Source of the DNA: a virus
DNA length: 62,548 nucleotides
IMG/VR virus record: IMGVR_UViG_3300045988_075790
Direction: 5' to 3' (one strand)
The notes beneath the pieces are model-generated. The model ran no database searches. It saw only the letters and a program-made list of their open reading frames with translations, and was not told the DNA's origin. Below, piece after piece: positions 24,263 to 32,127 of this stretch. Both the position numbers and the translations under genes were made by a program. The stretch's first letter is position 1; every line of letters begins with the position of its first letter.

Positions 24263-24457
24263 ATGCTGTTGGAAACCCTGAAAAAGGTTCTCGCCGCTGT
24301 CGGCGTGTATCTGTGTATGCTTGGCCTGCTGAAGGCTGCAATACACACCAACTATGCAATTCAGGAGAAAGATGGCAGACGTATGGCTGCGGCAATGTCC
24401 GTGATGGCCCTGCTGTTTTTCCTGCTGTTTCTGCTGGTTCCTGTTGTGGGAGGCTGA
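24263..24457 (+). CDS. Small 2-TM membrane protein (paralog B)
   Basis: 64 aa with the same architecture and shared 'M.LE....VLA.V...(E)(K/G)D.R.M..A' pattern as 24055..24249. Confidence 0.55.
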   Translation: MLLETLKKVLAAVGVYLCMLGLLKAAIHTNYAIQEKDGRRMAAAMSVMALLFFLLFLLVPVVGG

Positions 24458-24460
24458 GCG

Positions 24461-24670
24461 ATGGCAAAATCCGAATTGAAACCGTGCCCGTTCTGCGGAG
24501 GCTCTGCCAGAATCCTGAGGCTCAGGGGCGGCAAGTATTGCGTGGCCTGCTCCAGCTGTGGGGCCAGAGGTGGTGCTGTCTGGGTGAAAGACTGGCACGA
24601 CACGCCCTTTGCTGCACAGGGGCAGGCTGCAAAACTCTGGAACGCCCGTAACGAAATGATAGGAGGCTGA
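24461..24670 (+). CDS. Lar-family restriction-alleviation-like zinc-ribbon protein
   Basis: 'LKPCPFCGGSA...YCVACSSCGARG...AAKLWNARN' matches the Lar pattern. Confidence 0.6.
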   Translation: MAKSELKPCPFCGGSARILRLRGGKYCVACSSCGARGGAVWVKDWHDTPFAAQGQAAKLWNARNEMIGG

Positions 24671-24674
24671 TAAA

Positions 24675-24983
24675 ATGAGAATCTATTCGCTGAAGGTACG
24701 CGATGATGCCAAGAAAGACCCCGGCTGCGCCGTGGTGGAGCTGAGTGGGCTGGAGCTTATCGCGCTCAATAACATCTTGTGTAAGATGGCTCGTGAAGGC
24801 GGCAGCAGTTCTGAGCTGCTTGTCAACATGGCCTGCACAACGCATACCGCAAACGCTGTTGTGCAGCATGGAGGCTTTGATAAAATCGACCTGAGTGCAA
24901 TGGAAAGGCTGTACGCACAGTGTCCAGAGAGAAACCGGAATGGTTTGGAGGGTGAAACAAGTGAGAAGTTTGCAGGAGATTGA
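24675..24983 (+). CDS. Hypothetical protein
   Basis: 102 aa, SD ggagg. Confidence 0.5.
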   Translation: MRIYSLKVRDDAKKDPGCAVVELSGLELIALNNILCKMAREGGSSSELLVNMACTTHTANAVVQHGGFDKIDLSAMERLYAQCPERNRNGLEGETSEKFAGD

Positions 24984-25317
24984 CCGCGACATTGCTGCCC
25001 TGAGGAAAGACGAGCAGGCATACGCCCACACCAAGGGCCACCGATTTTCTCCCATCGTAGACGATGAACGGATGGCCACGCTGAAGGCTCTGGGAGATGC
25101 TGGCCTGAAAAAGTACAAGGCTCTTATCCTGCCGAAGCCTGAGAACAAAAACAGCGTCTGTGCTGCCTGCTATGTGTTTTATGCAAAGGATAGCACTCAG
25201 GCTTATGAGCGCGGCAAAGAAGTATTTGTATCCGAATTTGCTCGGTATGGTGTGACTGCTGAGGACTTCGATGCAGAGTACGACATCGCTATTACCAGCG
25301 GCGAGAATGTGAAGTGA
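24961..25317 (+). CDS. Hypothetical protein
   Basis: GTG 24961 after ggaggg. 118 aa. Confidence 0.45.
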   Translation: MRSLQEIDRDIAALRKDEQAYAHTKGHRFSPIVDDERMATLKALGDAGLKKYKALILPKPENKNSVCAACYVFYAKDSTQAYERGKEVFVSEFARYGVTAEDFDAEYDIAITSGENVK

Positions 25318-25332
25318 TGGAGGTTCTGACCG

Positions 25333-25662
25333 ATGAAAAAGAGATTCTCTTGTTTTGCTGTGGCCGTTGTGCTGCTGACCCTGATGACGCTCTGGGCTAC
25401 GGCCTGTGGTTCCACCTCTGCTGAGGCTGGAACTGCTGACCACCCCTGTTACCACGTCACCGTCTATTCTCCTGCCATTGAAGATGGAACATACGCAACC
25501 CGGCGATATCCGAAGTATACCATCACTGTGGAGGACTTCGGCGAGCTGCTGCCTGACCCGAAGCTATCTGCTGAGCGTGAGTATCAGCTGCTCCGCATTC
25601 CTCTGGAAGATGGCCGCTTTGAGCTGGTGTCCACCTCTCTGGTGGAAATCGAATATTACTGA
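25333..25662 (+). CDS. Putative lipoprotein (possible superinfection-exclusion type)
   Basis: Signal peptide 'MKKRFSCFAVAVVLLTLMTLWATAC' with a lipobox-like ATAC. SD ggagg. Confidence 0.5.
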   Translation: MKKRFSCFAVAVVLLTLMTLWATACGSTSAEAGTADHPCYHVTVYSPAIEDGTYATRRYPKYTITVEDFGELLPDPKLSAEREYQLLRIPLEDGRFELVSTSLVEIEYY

Positions 25663-25676
25663 TTGGAGGTGCGAGC

Positions 25677-26318
25677 GTGAAAGCTGTTTTACTGAGTATC
25701 CGGCCTGAGTGGTGCAAGAAAATTCTTGACGGAGAAAAGACAGTTGAGGTGCGCAGGACTTGCCCTGTGCACGGAACACCGTTTAAGGTGTACATCTACT
25801 GCACTTTGGCTGGGAGTGACAGCCTGTTTATGGATGTCCTCAACCGGGATGTGGCCGCGTGGAACCGTGGCGGCTGGCCAGAAAAAAGGGGACGCGTCAT
25901 TGGCGAGTTCACCTGTAAGAAAATTACCGGCCTAACCCATGTTGGAGAAACAGGAAGCTGGGAACCGGCAAGCCTGTGCGTTATGGCACCCGGATCATAT
26001 TACAAACCAGCAGATGAACTTCTTGAAGCAGCCTGCATGAGCAAGGAAACCGCCGAAAAATATCTCAAAGGCCGTGACGGCTGCGGCTGGCACATCTCCG
26101 ACCTGAAGATTTATGACAAGCCAAAGCCGCTGTCTTGCTTCTCCAAACATGGCTTTAGTAGTCTGTTCGGAACAAGCGTCTGCGGGAATGAGGATTGCGA
26201 GTATTATGAGCCTTCTGGCGATAGGATGGTACCGCCTACTTGCGGCCTGAATGGATATTGCTCGTTGCACCGCCCGCCTCAAAGCTGGTGCTACGTGGAG
26301 GAGCTGAAAGATGTCTGA
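25677..26318 (+). CDS. ASCH-domain protein
   Basis: 'KAVLLSIRPEWCKKILDGEKTVEVRR' is a typical ASCH/PUA-like N-terminus. C-terminal 'RPPQSWCYV'. Confidence 0.6.
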   Translation: MKAVLLSIRPEWCKKILDGEKTVEVRRTCPVHGTPFKVYIYCTLAGSDSLFMDVLNRDVAAWNRGGWPEKRGRVIGEFTCKKITGLTHVGETGSWEPASLCVMAPGSYYKPADELLEAACMSKETAEKYLKGRDGCGWHISDLKIYDKPKPLSCFSKHGFSSLFGTSVCGNEDCEYYEPSGDRMVPPTCGLNGYCSLHRPPQSWCYVEELKDV

Positions 26319-26850
26319 TTCTATCGGAGAGAAAATCCGCACGGTGCGGAAGGATGCCGGTTTGACGCAGACGCAGCTTGCGGAACGGATGGGCACGACA
26401 CAACAGGCTGTATACATGTACGAAAGAGGCGAAAACAGCCCTAGAATCGACACCGTTGTGAAGATCGCTGAAGCGCTGAAGGTTCCTGTTGAATATCTGC
26501 TCAGTACGGAATCAGACTGTGTGCATCATTGGGTCAGCGTCAAAGTGCGCCTGCCAGAGGTTGGAGATGATGAGCCGTTTGCCCGCTGCATTGTGAATGT
26601 CATTCGGTGGAGTGAGGGCTGGACAGGCCTTTGGAACCAGCCAGAGCCGACACTGAACGAGGAAGAGTTCGCCGCTGCTGCTACCTACAACCCGGAGCAG
26701 AAAATTTTCACAGTATATGATGGCTTTGGCAGCTCGATGGTCATAAACGCTCTGCTTTCCCCTGATGACTGCGACGGTGAATCTGGATGCCGTGTCACTC
26801 ACTGGATGGAACTTCCCGCAACCTTTGGATTCTGGGAGGCACCTCGATGA
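26311..26850 (+). CDS. XRE-type HTH fused to DUF551-like C-terminal domain
   Basis: 'IRTVRKDAGLTQTQLAERMGTTQQAVYMYERG' HTH. C-terminal 'VTHWMELP' is DUF551-like. Confidence 0.65.
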   Translation: MSDSIGEKIRTVRKDAGLTQTQLAERMGTTQQAVYMYERGENSPRIDTVVKIAEALKVPVEYLLSTESDCVHHWVSVKVRLPEVGDDEPFARCIVNVIRWSEGWTGLWNQPEPTLNEEEFAAAATYNPEQKIFTVYDGFGSSMVINALLSPDDCDGESGCRVTHWMELPATFGFWEAPR

Positions 26851-27080
26851 AATAATACTGCCGGTACTGCTGTAACGCCTGTCTGAACGATGACGAGCTG
26901 GCCTATTGCAGCTACAAAGACGAGATGCTGGACGGCCCTGCCCTGCGGCGGCTGAATCACTGCAAGGGCTTCCAGTTCTGCGAAATTGATGTCTTGACCC
27001 AAACCCGTATCTACAAGCCCAGATCCGCAAAGCCTCCTTCTGAGGCCCCGGAGGATTCCGGGCAGACAACCCTATTTTGA
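26847..27080 (+). pseudogene. Cys-rich small ORF with in-frame TAA at codon 3
   Basis: ATG AAA TAA TAC TGC CGG TAC TGC TGT AAC GCC TGT... (MK*YCRYCCNACLNDDELAYCSY...HCKGFQFCEIDVL...). ATGA-coupled to the upstream gene. The next in-frame ATG is at codon 25. Confidence 0.5.
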
Positions 27081-27085
27081 ATTGA

Positions 27086-27115
27086 GAGCACCGGCTGCGG
27101 CTGGTGCTCTTTTTT
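27086..27115 (+). terminator. Rho-independent terminator ending early operon 1
   Basis: gagcaccggc-tgcg-gctggtgctc (10-bp stem) followed by tttttt. Confidence 0.85.
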
Positions 27116-27209
27116 GCTGCTGGATGCTCCCGGCACGAATGTCTGGAGCATCTTCTGGTGGCGGCGTTTTCCGAAAGAAAATAGCTTTTCGCTAAAAAAA
27201 TATCAAGAA

Positions 27210-27271
27210 ATTAGCGAAAAGCTATTTACAAATTAGCTCAAAGCTAGTATAATAGCACTGTCAAAAGTAGT
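27210..27271 (+). promoter_or_regulatory. Early promoter 2 with operators (copy 2 of the 62-bp repeat)
   Basis: TTTACA (27225..27230) -17- TATAAT (27248..27253). Operators at 27212..27224 and 27233..27245, plus an inverted copy TAGCTTTTCGCTA at 27182..27194. Confidence 0.8.
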
Positions 27272-27296
27272 ACGAAAGCAACCGGAGGTACATACC

Positions 27297-27440
27297 ATGA
27301 AGAACCTGAGCGAGATGAGTAAGACCGAGATGAAGCAGGAAATCTGCTTCGCCAAAGATTTTGTGAACAATGGTGGCTGCCTGAATGAAGAGCAGTGGAA
27401 CCGCATCCGCAAGATGATGCAGCTTGTCAAGGAGGGCTGA
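27297..27440 (+). CDS. Hypothetical small protein
   Basis: 47 aa, hand-translated (MKNLSEMSKTEMKQEICFAKDF...). SD ggagg. Confidence 0.45.
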   Translation: MKNLSEMSKTEMKQEICFAKDFVNNGGCLNEEQWNRIRKMMQLVKEG

Positions 27441-27443
27441 GAG

Positions 27444-27701
27444 ATGAAAAAGATGTACATTGACCAGATTCACACCGGGCTGAACACTCTGGCCCTCTCT
27501 ATGGACGCTCAGTGGTTCGGCATGAACCGCAAGGATGCAACCGAAGCTCAGCGGAATGCTTGTGAAGGTCTGTATCAGGGCTACATCGCAGCCATCTGCA
27601 TGATGGGCGGCGACTGGAAGCGTGACCAGAACGGCAAGCACCGCATCTTTCTTGCTGGGCTGTCCAGCCGTGATGTGGATGAGTACAACGAGGAGGGCTG
27701 A
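27444..27701 (+). CDS. Hypothetical protein
   Basis: 85 aa, SD ggaggg. Confidence 0.5.
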   Translation: MKKMYIDQIHTGLNTLALSMDAQWFGMNRKDATEAQRNACEGLYQGYIAAICMMGGDWKRDQNGKHRIFLAGLSSRDVDEYNEEG

Positions 27702-27704
27702 GCC

Positions 27705-27884
27705 ATGAAAAAGTACATCGCAACCTTCTGGAGAGGCAACCCGCAGTTGAAGGATGGCGGTTATGAAACCACCCGTGAGATTGAGGCTGTGTCCATCGCC
27801 TCTGCCCGTAAGAAGGCCCGTGACATTGAAGATGGCTGTGTGTATGGCAGCATGAGCCTGTTGAGCATTGAGAAGGAGGACTGA
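27705..27884 (+). CDS. Hypothetical small protein
   Basis: 59 aa, hand-translated (MKKYIATFWRGNPQLKDGGYETTREIEA...). SD ggaggg. Confidence 0.45.
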   Translation: MKKYIATFWRGNPQLKDGGYETTREIEAVSIASARKKARDIEDGCVYGSMSLLSIEKED

Positions 27885-27885
27885 A

Positions 27886-27952
27886 CCCGCCTGATGATGG
27901 CTGCGTGGCAGCAGTCGAAACACCCGAAAGGGTGTCGCGGGAGCCAACCGCA
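27886..27952 (+). promoter_or_regulatory. Conserved three-hairpin RNA element, copy B
   Basis: Same sequence as 19541..19606 except C->T in hairpin 1 (G-C becomes G-U) and one extra A in the hairpin-3 loop. Confidence 0.55.
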
Positions 27953-27978
27953 AATAAAAAATGGGAGGAAATACAACC

Positions 27979-28602
27979 ATGAAGAAACTGAAGGTCAGGC
28001 TTACCTTTACTGAGCCTGTGCTGGGAACGTGGCCCAGCAACCAGAACATCGCCCGTGAGTTCATTGCCAGCAAGTCCCCTGATGCTGCTACTGTCGAAGA
28101 TGAGGTGGCAGCTCTGGGAGCTGATGCTGTGGCAGACAAGGGCATGACGGTATTCCCCCGGAACGAAGCTGGACAGCCTGTTCTGTACGACTACCAGATT
28201 AAGGGCTTCTTCAAAGATTCCTGCGGGATGCTGGGCCGCATTGGTGGCAAAACTGAGACCGGCAAGAAGAAGGCCGTGAACGAATCTGGCAAGATCACCG
28301 CCTACAAGAAGGTTATTGATGGTCTGATTTTTGTTTCGCCCCGGATGATTCCTATTTGCTTTAGTGGTGAGATGTCTGAGTGCCAGCGTCCTCTCCGTGC
28401 CCAGACCGCACAAGGCGAGCGCGTCAGCCTTGCCAACTCTGAGCAGATTCCCGCAGGCTCCACCTGTGAGTTTGAGGTGCTGTGCATGGATGATTCCCAC
28501 GAGAAGGCCGTCCGCGAGTGGCTTGACTATGGCGTTCTGCGTGGCATTGGCCAGTGGCGCAACTCTGGTAAGGGCCGCTTCACCTACGAGGTTCTTGACT
28601 GA
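27979..28602 (+). CDS. Hypothetical protein with RAMP-like motifs (tentative)
   Basis: 207 aa. C-terminal 'GIGQWRNSGKGRFTYEV' fits the G-h-G-x5-G-x-G glycine-rich loop plus terminal strand. 'YDYQIKGFFKDS' resembles the RAMP 'IKGxxR' segment. SD gggagga. Confidence 0.3.
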   Translation: MKKLKVRLTFTEPVLGTWPSNQNIAREFIASKSPDAATVEDEVAALGADAVADKGMTVFPRNEAGQPVLYDYQIKGFFKDSCGMLGRIGGKTETGKKKAVNESGKITAYKKVIDGLIFVSPRMIPICFSGEMSECQRPLRAQTAQGERVSLANSEQIPAGSTCEFEVLCMDDSHEKAVREWLDYGVLRGIGQWRNSGKGRFTYEVLD

Positions 28603-28603
28603 G

Positions 28604-29000
28604 TGCAATGGCATCGGTCCGCTCTGGTTCGCTTCGCCAAGGCACAGCTTGGAATTGCTGATAATGGCATGGCTATGGCACTGCCTTGAGACGTGGCGCG
28701 AAGGAATTGCATGGAAGAGTGAAGCAGCGGCAGAGCATCGACACGACTTGTGCTGCAACGGCATAGCTCCGAATCGAGGCGATATGCTTTGCAATGGCAT
28801 TGCCTAGAGACGCATGGCGCGGCAAGGGCATGGCTGGGAAGGGCGATGAGCAGCCAAGGCGTGGAGCAGTTATGCGATACCCTGCAACGGCGGAGAAAGG
28901 CGAGAAAACGCATGGCGATGCTTTGATATGCAGTGGCAAAGCGGAGTATCGCAGAGCTGGGAGTAGCAAGGGCAAAGAAAAGCAACTGCAATGCGAAGAA
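28604..29000. repeat. Non-coding region of degenerate repeats (TGCAAYGGCAT cores; two ~130-bp diverged tandem units)
   Basis: Cores at 28604, 28754 and 28790 (the last within palindrome GCAATGGCATTGC). Degenerate forms at 28663, 28883, 28929 and 28987. Units 28661..28789 and 28790..28928 share ordered blocks. No SD-led ORF. Confidence 0.6.
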
Positions 29001-29057
29001 ATTCATTTATGCTTGTTTTGCCTGCTGATATGAAAACACAGAAAGGAGGTGGGAAAT

Positions 29058-29297
29058 GTGCCCGAATCTGGATACTACAACACCGACCAAGCTGCTGAGG
29101 TTCTGGGCGTTCACCGTTCTAGGGTGCTTCAGCTCCGTAGGGAGGGCAAGCTCACTGCCTACACTCGTGGTGAGAAGGGCAGCAAGAGCAGACTGTATTT
29201 CAAGGCCGAGGATTTGGAGTATTACAAGGTCCATAAAGATGACCCCAAGCCTCTGGCACCCCTGCACCCCGTAGGAAACGAAAAAGATACTGCTTGA
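29058..29297 (+). CDS. Excisionase/MerR-type HTH (HTH_17-like) DNA-binding protein
   Basis: 'YNTDQAAEVLGVHRSRVLQLRREGKL' motif. GTG 29058 lies 8 nt after aggagg. Confidence 0.6.
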   Translation: MPESGYYNTDQAAEVLGVHRSRVLQLRREGKLTAYTRGEKGSKSRLYFKAEDLEYYKVHKDDPKPLAPLHPVGNEKDTA

Positions 29298-29323
29298 TGT
29301 TTGAGACGTAGGAGGAAACGAAA

Positions 29324-29623
29324 ATGCGTAGGTTTATGCGGAAGGCCGAAGGTCTGGCCGTTGCAGCTCTGGCACTGATTGGAGCTGGTCAGGTTGTGGT
29401 CTGGATGAATCAGGCCATGCAGTATGCTCTTGTTGCATACGGCCAGTGGGAAGCTGCTGAGGCCGCCAAGGCTGCCCCGCTGATTCTGTTCTCGCTGGCA
29501 TTTGGTCTGGCCCTCTCTCTGTATGGGATGTATGAGGACAACAAGCGGTACACCCGCAGCAGCCCTTATGGGTGCGTGAAGAACAGCCAGAGCCGCAGCG
29601 ATGACAGCCGGAAGGTGGGCTGA
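29324..29623 (+). CDS. Small membrane protein (2 TM)
   Basis: 99 aa with two hydrophobic segments. SD aggagga. Confidence 0.5.
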   Translation: MRRFMRKAEGLAVAALALIGAGQVVVWMNQAMQYALVAYGQWEAAEAAKAAPLILFSLAFGLALSLYGMYEDNKRYTRSSPYGCVKNSQSRSDDSRKVG

Positions 29624-29626
29624 CCT

Positions 29627-29782
29627 GTGAGCTGGGGAATGTATGACATTGCCCTTGATGGGTACGCACCTCCGATGGAGCCGCCCGATGGCTATTACTT
29701 TATGACCGATGCTCAGATGGCTGAGGCTGCTGAGCTGGAGGCCGAAAACGAAAAATGGGAGGATGAAGCCGATGACAAATGA
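29627..29782 (+). CDS. Hypothetical small acidic protein
   Basis: 51 aa, hand-translated. GTG 8 nt after ggaaggtgg. Confidence 0.4.
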   Translation: MSWGMYDIALDGYAPPMEPPDGYYFMTDAQMAEAAELEAENEKWEDEADDK

Positions 29783-30713
29783 ATTGACCGTCCGGGTACA
29801 AAGCCCGGTCATTCCTGCTATGAGCTGGAACGAAGAGGAAGTCCAGCGGAACCTTGACGAAATGCTTGCTGCCTATACTGGCCGGGTGTATACCCCGGAG
29901 AGCATCAAGGGAGCCAAAGAAGATCGTGCCAAGGTCAATGCTTGGAACAAGCAGCTTGGCGCATCTCTGACCGCTGCAAAGAAGCTGTACATGAAGCCTC
30001 TGGAGGACTTTCAGGGCAGCATCAAGAAGATGCAGGCCCAGTGTGCACAGGTATCCTGGGCCATTGATACACAGGTGAAAGCTGTGGAGCAGGCTGAGAG
30101 GGAGGAAAAAGCCTCCAGCCTGCGTTTGGTCTACCGTGACAGCATCGGGGAGCTGGAGCCGCTCATTCCGTTCGAGCGGTTGCTGGTTCCGCAGTGGCTC
30201 AATAAGACCTATGACCTGAACAAGGCCACAAAAGACCTGCGGCAGGCCATTGAGGACATCAAGAGCGATATGGAAGCCATTCGAGATACCTGTGGCGAAG
30301 ATGCGGAAGCCTGCACCACGGAGTACCTGAAGAGCCTGAGCGTCAACGAAGCCATGCGAGAGCACAACCGCCGTGAAAAGTCTCGCGCAGCTCAGCGTGA
30401 AGCTGAGGCGGCCAGAATTGCCGCAGAACGTGCCCGTGCTGCTGCTCCTGTCTTTGTGCAGCCCACCGATGAGGAACGCGAAATGAAGGCTCGCGCGGCT
30501 GCTGCAACGCAAGCCAAGATGTTTATCACCTCTGAGGGGCGGCTGGATTTCAAAGCCGTGAACGAAGCCGCTGTGGATGCTGAGCAGTCTGAGGCTGAGG
30601 AATCCCCGGAGCGCAACCGTTACCGCTTCTGGGTTGAGTTCACCCAGCAGGACATTGAGTGGTTCAAAAAGGGAGCTGCTGAGCGCGGTTTCCGTTTTGG
30701 CTGCATCAAATAA
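29772..30713 (+). CDS. DUF1351-like recombination-module protein
   Basis: 313-aa coiled-coil protein immediately upstream of the annealing protein. 'QWLNKTYDLNKATKDLRQAIEDIKSDMEAI' is DUF1351-like (from memory). Confidence 0.5.
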   Translation: MTNELTVRVQSPVIPAMSWNEEEVQRNLDEMLAAYTGRVYTPESIKGAKEDRAKVNAWNKQLGASLTAAKKLYMKPLEDFQGSIKKMQAQCAQVSWAIDTQVKAVEQAEREEKASSLRLVYRDSIGELEPLIPFERLLVPQWLNKTYDLNKATKDLRQAIEDIKSDMEAIRDTCGEDAEACTTEYLKSLSVNEAMREHNRREKSRAAQREAEAARIAAERARAAAPVFVQPTDEEREMKARAAAATQAKMFITSEGRLDFKAVNEAAVDAEQSEAEESPERNRYRFWVEFTQQDIEWFKKGAAERGFRFGCIK

Positions 30714-30739
30714 TTTTAATTTGTTGGAGGTCAATTATT

Positions 30740-31594
30740 ATGGGATTCACTTCAAGAGCCGGTGGCAATGGTGCCACTACTACCGCAACCACCACGCAGG
30801 GCCGCCCTTTTGCTGCCCAGATGCGGCAGCAGAATGAGGCCATGCAGCCTGCTGCATCTTCCACCCCTGTGGAGATCGAGGCGATGGATGGCCAGCGCAT
30901 GATCGTCACCTTTGATGATGTGCGGAACTTTATCTGCAAGGAAGCCACCATCGCCGAGTGCCGTATCTTCTTGGAAACGTGCAAGCAGTACCACCTCAAC
31001 CCTTTTACCAAGGAAGCTTACCTCATCCATTATGACAACAAGAACGGTGATACGGCCAGTACCATTGTTCTGGGCAAGACCTGCTACATGAAGATGGCAG
31101 AGGCGCACCCGCAGTATGATGGCTTTGAGGCAGGCCTCATCCTTCAGGATGATGTGGCCGGAGAGATTTATCACCGTGAAGGCTCTATCATCTATGAGGG
31201 CGAAACGCTGCTGGGCGGCTGGGCCAAGACCTACCGCAAGGACCGTTCCCGCCCGTTCTACGAGGAAGTGAGCTTCAGCGAGTACGACACAAAAAAATCC
31301 CTTTGGGTGACCAAGCCTGCGACTATGATTCGCAAGGTCGCTCTGGTTCATACCCTGCGTGAAGCCTTCCCTGCTACCTTTGGCGGCCTGATTGACGAGA
31401 GCGAAGTTCCTGTTGATGCAGAGGCCGATTTCCGCGAGCTGTCTGCTGAGGAAGTTGCTGCCGCTGGCACTGTTCCTCCCCGCCGCCGCATCCAGAAGCC
31501 CAAGAAGGAAGAGCCTGCACCGCTGGCTGTTGAAGCTGACGAAGTTGAGGGCGACCCCTTTGCAAATGCTGGAACTGGAGGCGATGAGCAGTGA
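30740..31594 (+). CDS. RecT/Bet-family single-strand annealing protein
   Basis: 'KQYHLNPFTKEAYLI...GKTCYMKMAEAHPQYDGFEAG...KPATMIRKVALVHTLREAFPATFGG' matches the Bet/RecT conserved blocks. Confidence 0.8.
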   Translation: MGFTSRAGGNGATTTATTTQGRPFAAQMRQQNEAMQPAASSTPVEIEAMDGQRMIVTFDDVRNFICKEATIAECRIFLETCKQYHLNPFTKEAYLIHYDNKNGDTASTIVLGKTCYMKMAEAHPQYDGFEAGLILQDDVAGEIYHREGSIIYEGETLLGGWAKTYRKDRSRPFYEEVSFSEYDTKKSLWVTKPATMIRKVALVHTLREAFPATFGGLIDESEVPVDAEADFRELSAEEVAAAGTVPPRRRIQKPKKEEPAPLAVEADEVEGDPFANAGTGGDEQ

Positions 31595-32127
31595 TTATCA
31601 AGACCAGCACCGGAACGAAAGTTACCGGAACCCTGACCCGTGACCCCGAAATGAAGGAAACCAAAAGCGGCAACTCCTTCCTGAGCCTGAGCGTGAAGGC
31701 CCACAGCGTAAAGGACGAATCTGGCAAGTGGAACAGTGTGTTTGTGGAGTGCTGCCTCTGGAAGAACCTCGACCAGTGGGACGGCCTGTTGCAGAAGGGC
31801 GACTTTGTGGAGGTCTGCGGTAAGGAGTTGAAAAGCCGGGAAGCCAATGGCAAGACGTACTGGAGCCTTCTGGATGTTGACGGGGTGGTCGTTGGCGGCC
31901 TTGTCAATGCCCGGTGGGTACAGATGGCCATTGACCTGATGCAGCCGGCGGTCCCTGCTGGAGAGCCTGCTGCATCTGCCGTTGATGGCTTTGCTGAAGA
32001 GGAAGGCCCCACGCCTTTTGATGCAGAACCGGCCCCGGTAGCTTCTAAGCCTGCCCCCGTTGTTCAGCAGTATGCCGATGATGCTGACCGCATTATCAAT
32101 GACGATGCTGATGACCTCCCGTTCTAA
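31591..32127 (+). CDS. ssb: Single-stranded DNA-binding protein
   Basis: OB-fold-like N-terminus and canonical acidic tail '...DDADDLPF'. Confidence 0.8.
   Translation: MIIKTSTGTKVTGTLTRDPEMKETKSGNSFLSLSVKAHSVKDESGKWNSVFVECCLWKNLDQWDGLLQKGDFVEVCGKELKSREANGKTYWSLLDVDGVVVGGLVNARWVQMAIDLMQPAVPAGEPAASAVDGFAEEEGPTPFDAEPAPVASKPAPVVQQYADDADRIINDDADDLPF

Noticed and set aside
28364-29033. Four mutually overlapping ORFs (147, 140, 100 and 79 aa) and the idea of a CRISPR array or repeated-core RiPP precursor ('CNGIA' repeats).
   Set aside because: No SD, rare codons, and ORFs on both strands overlapping each other. Repeat spacing is irregular (36-93 bp) and the cores are only ~11 bp, which is incompatible with CRISPR repeat/spacer architecture. 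The 'CNGI' motif is simply the repeat core read in one frame.
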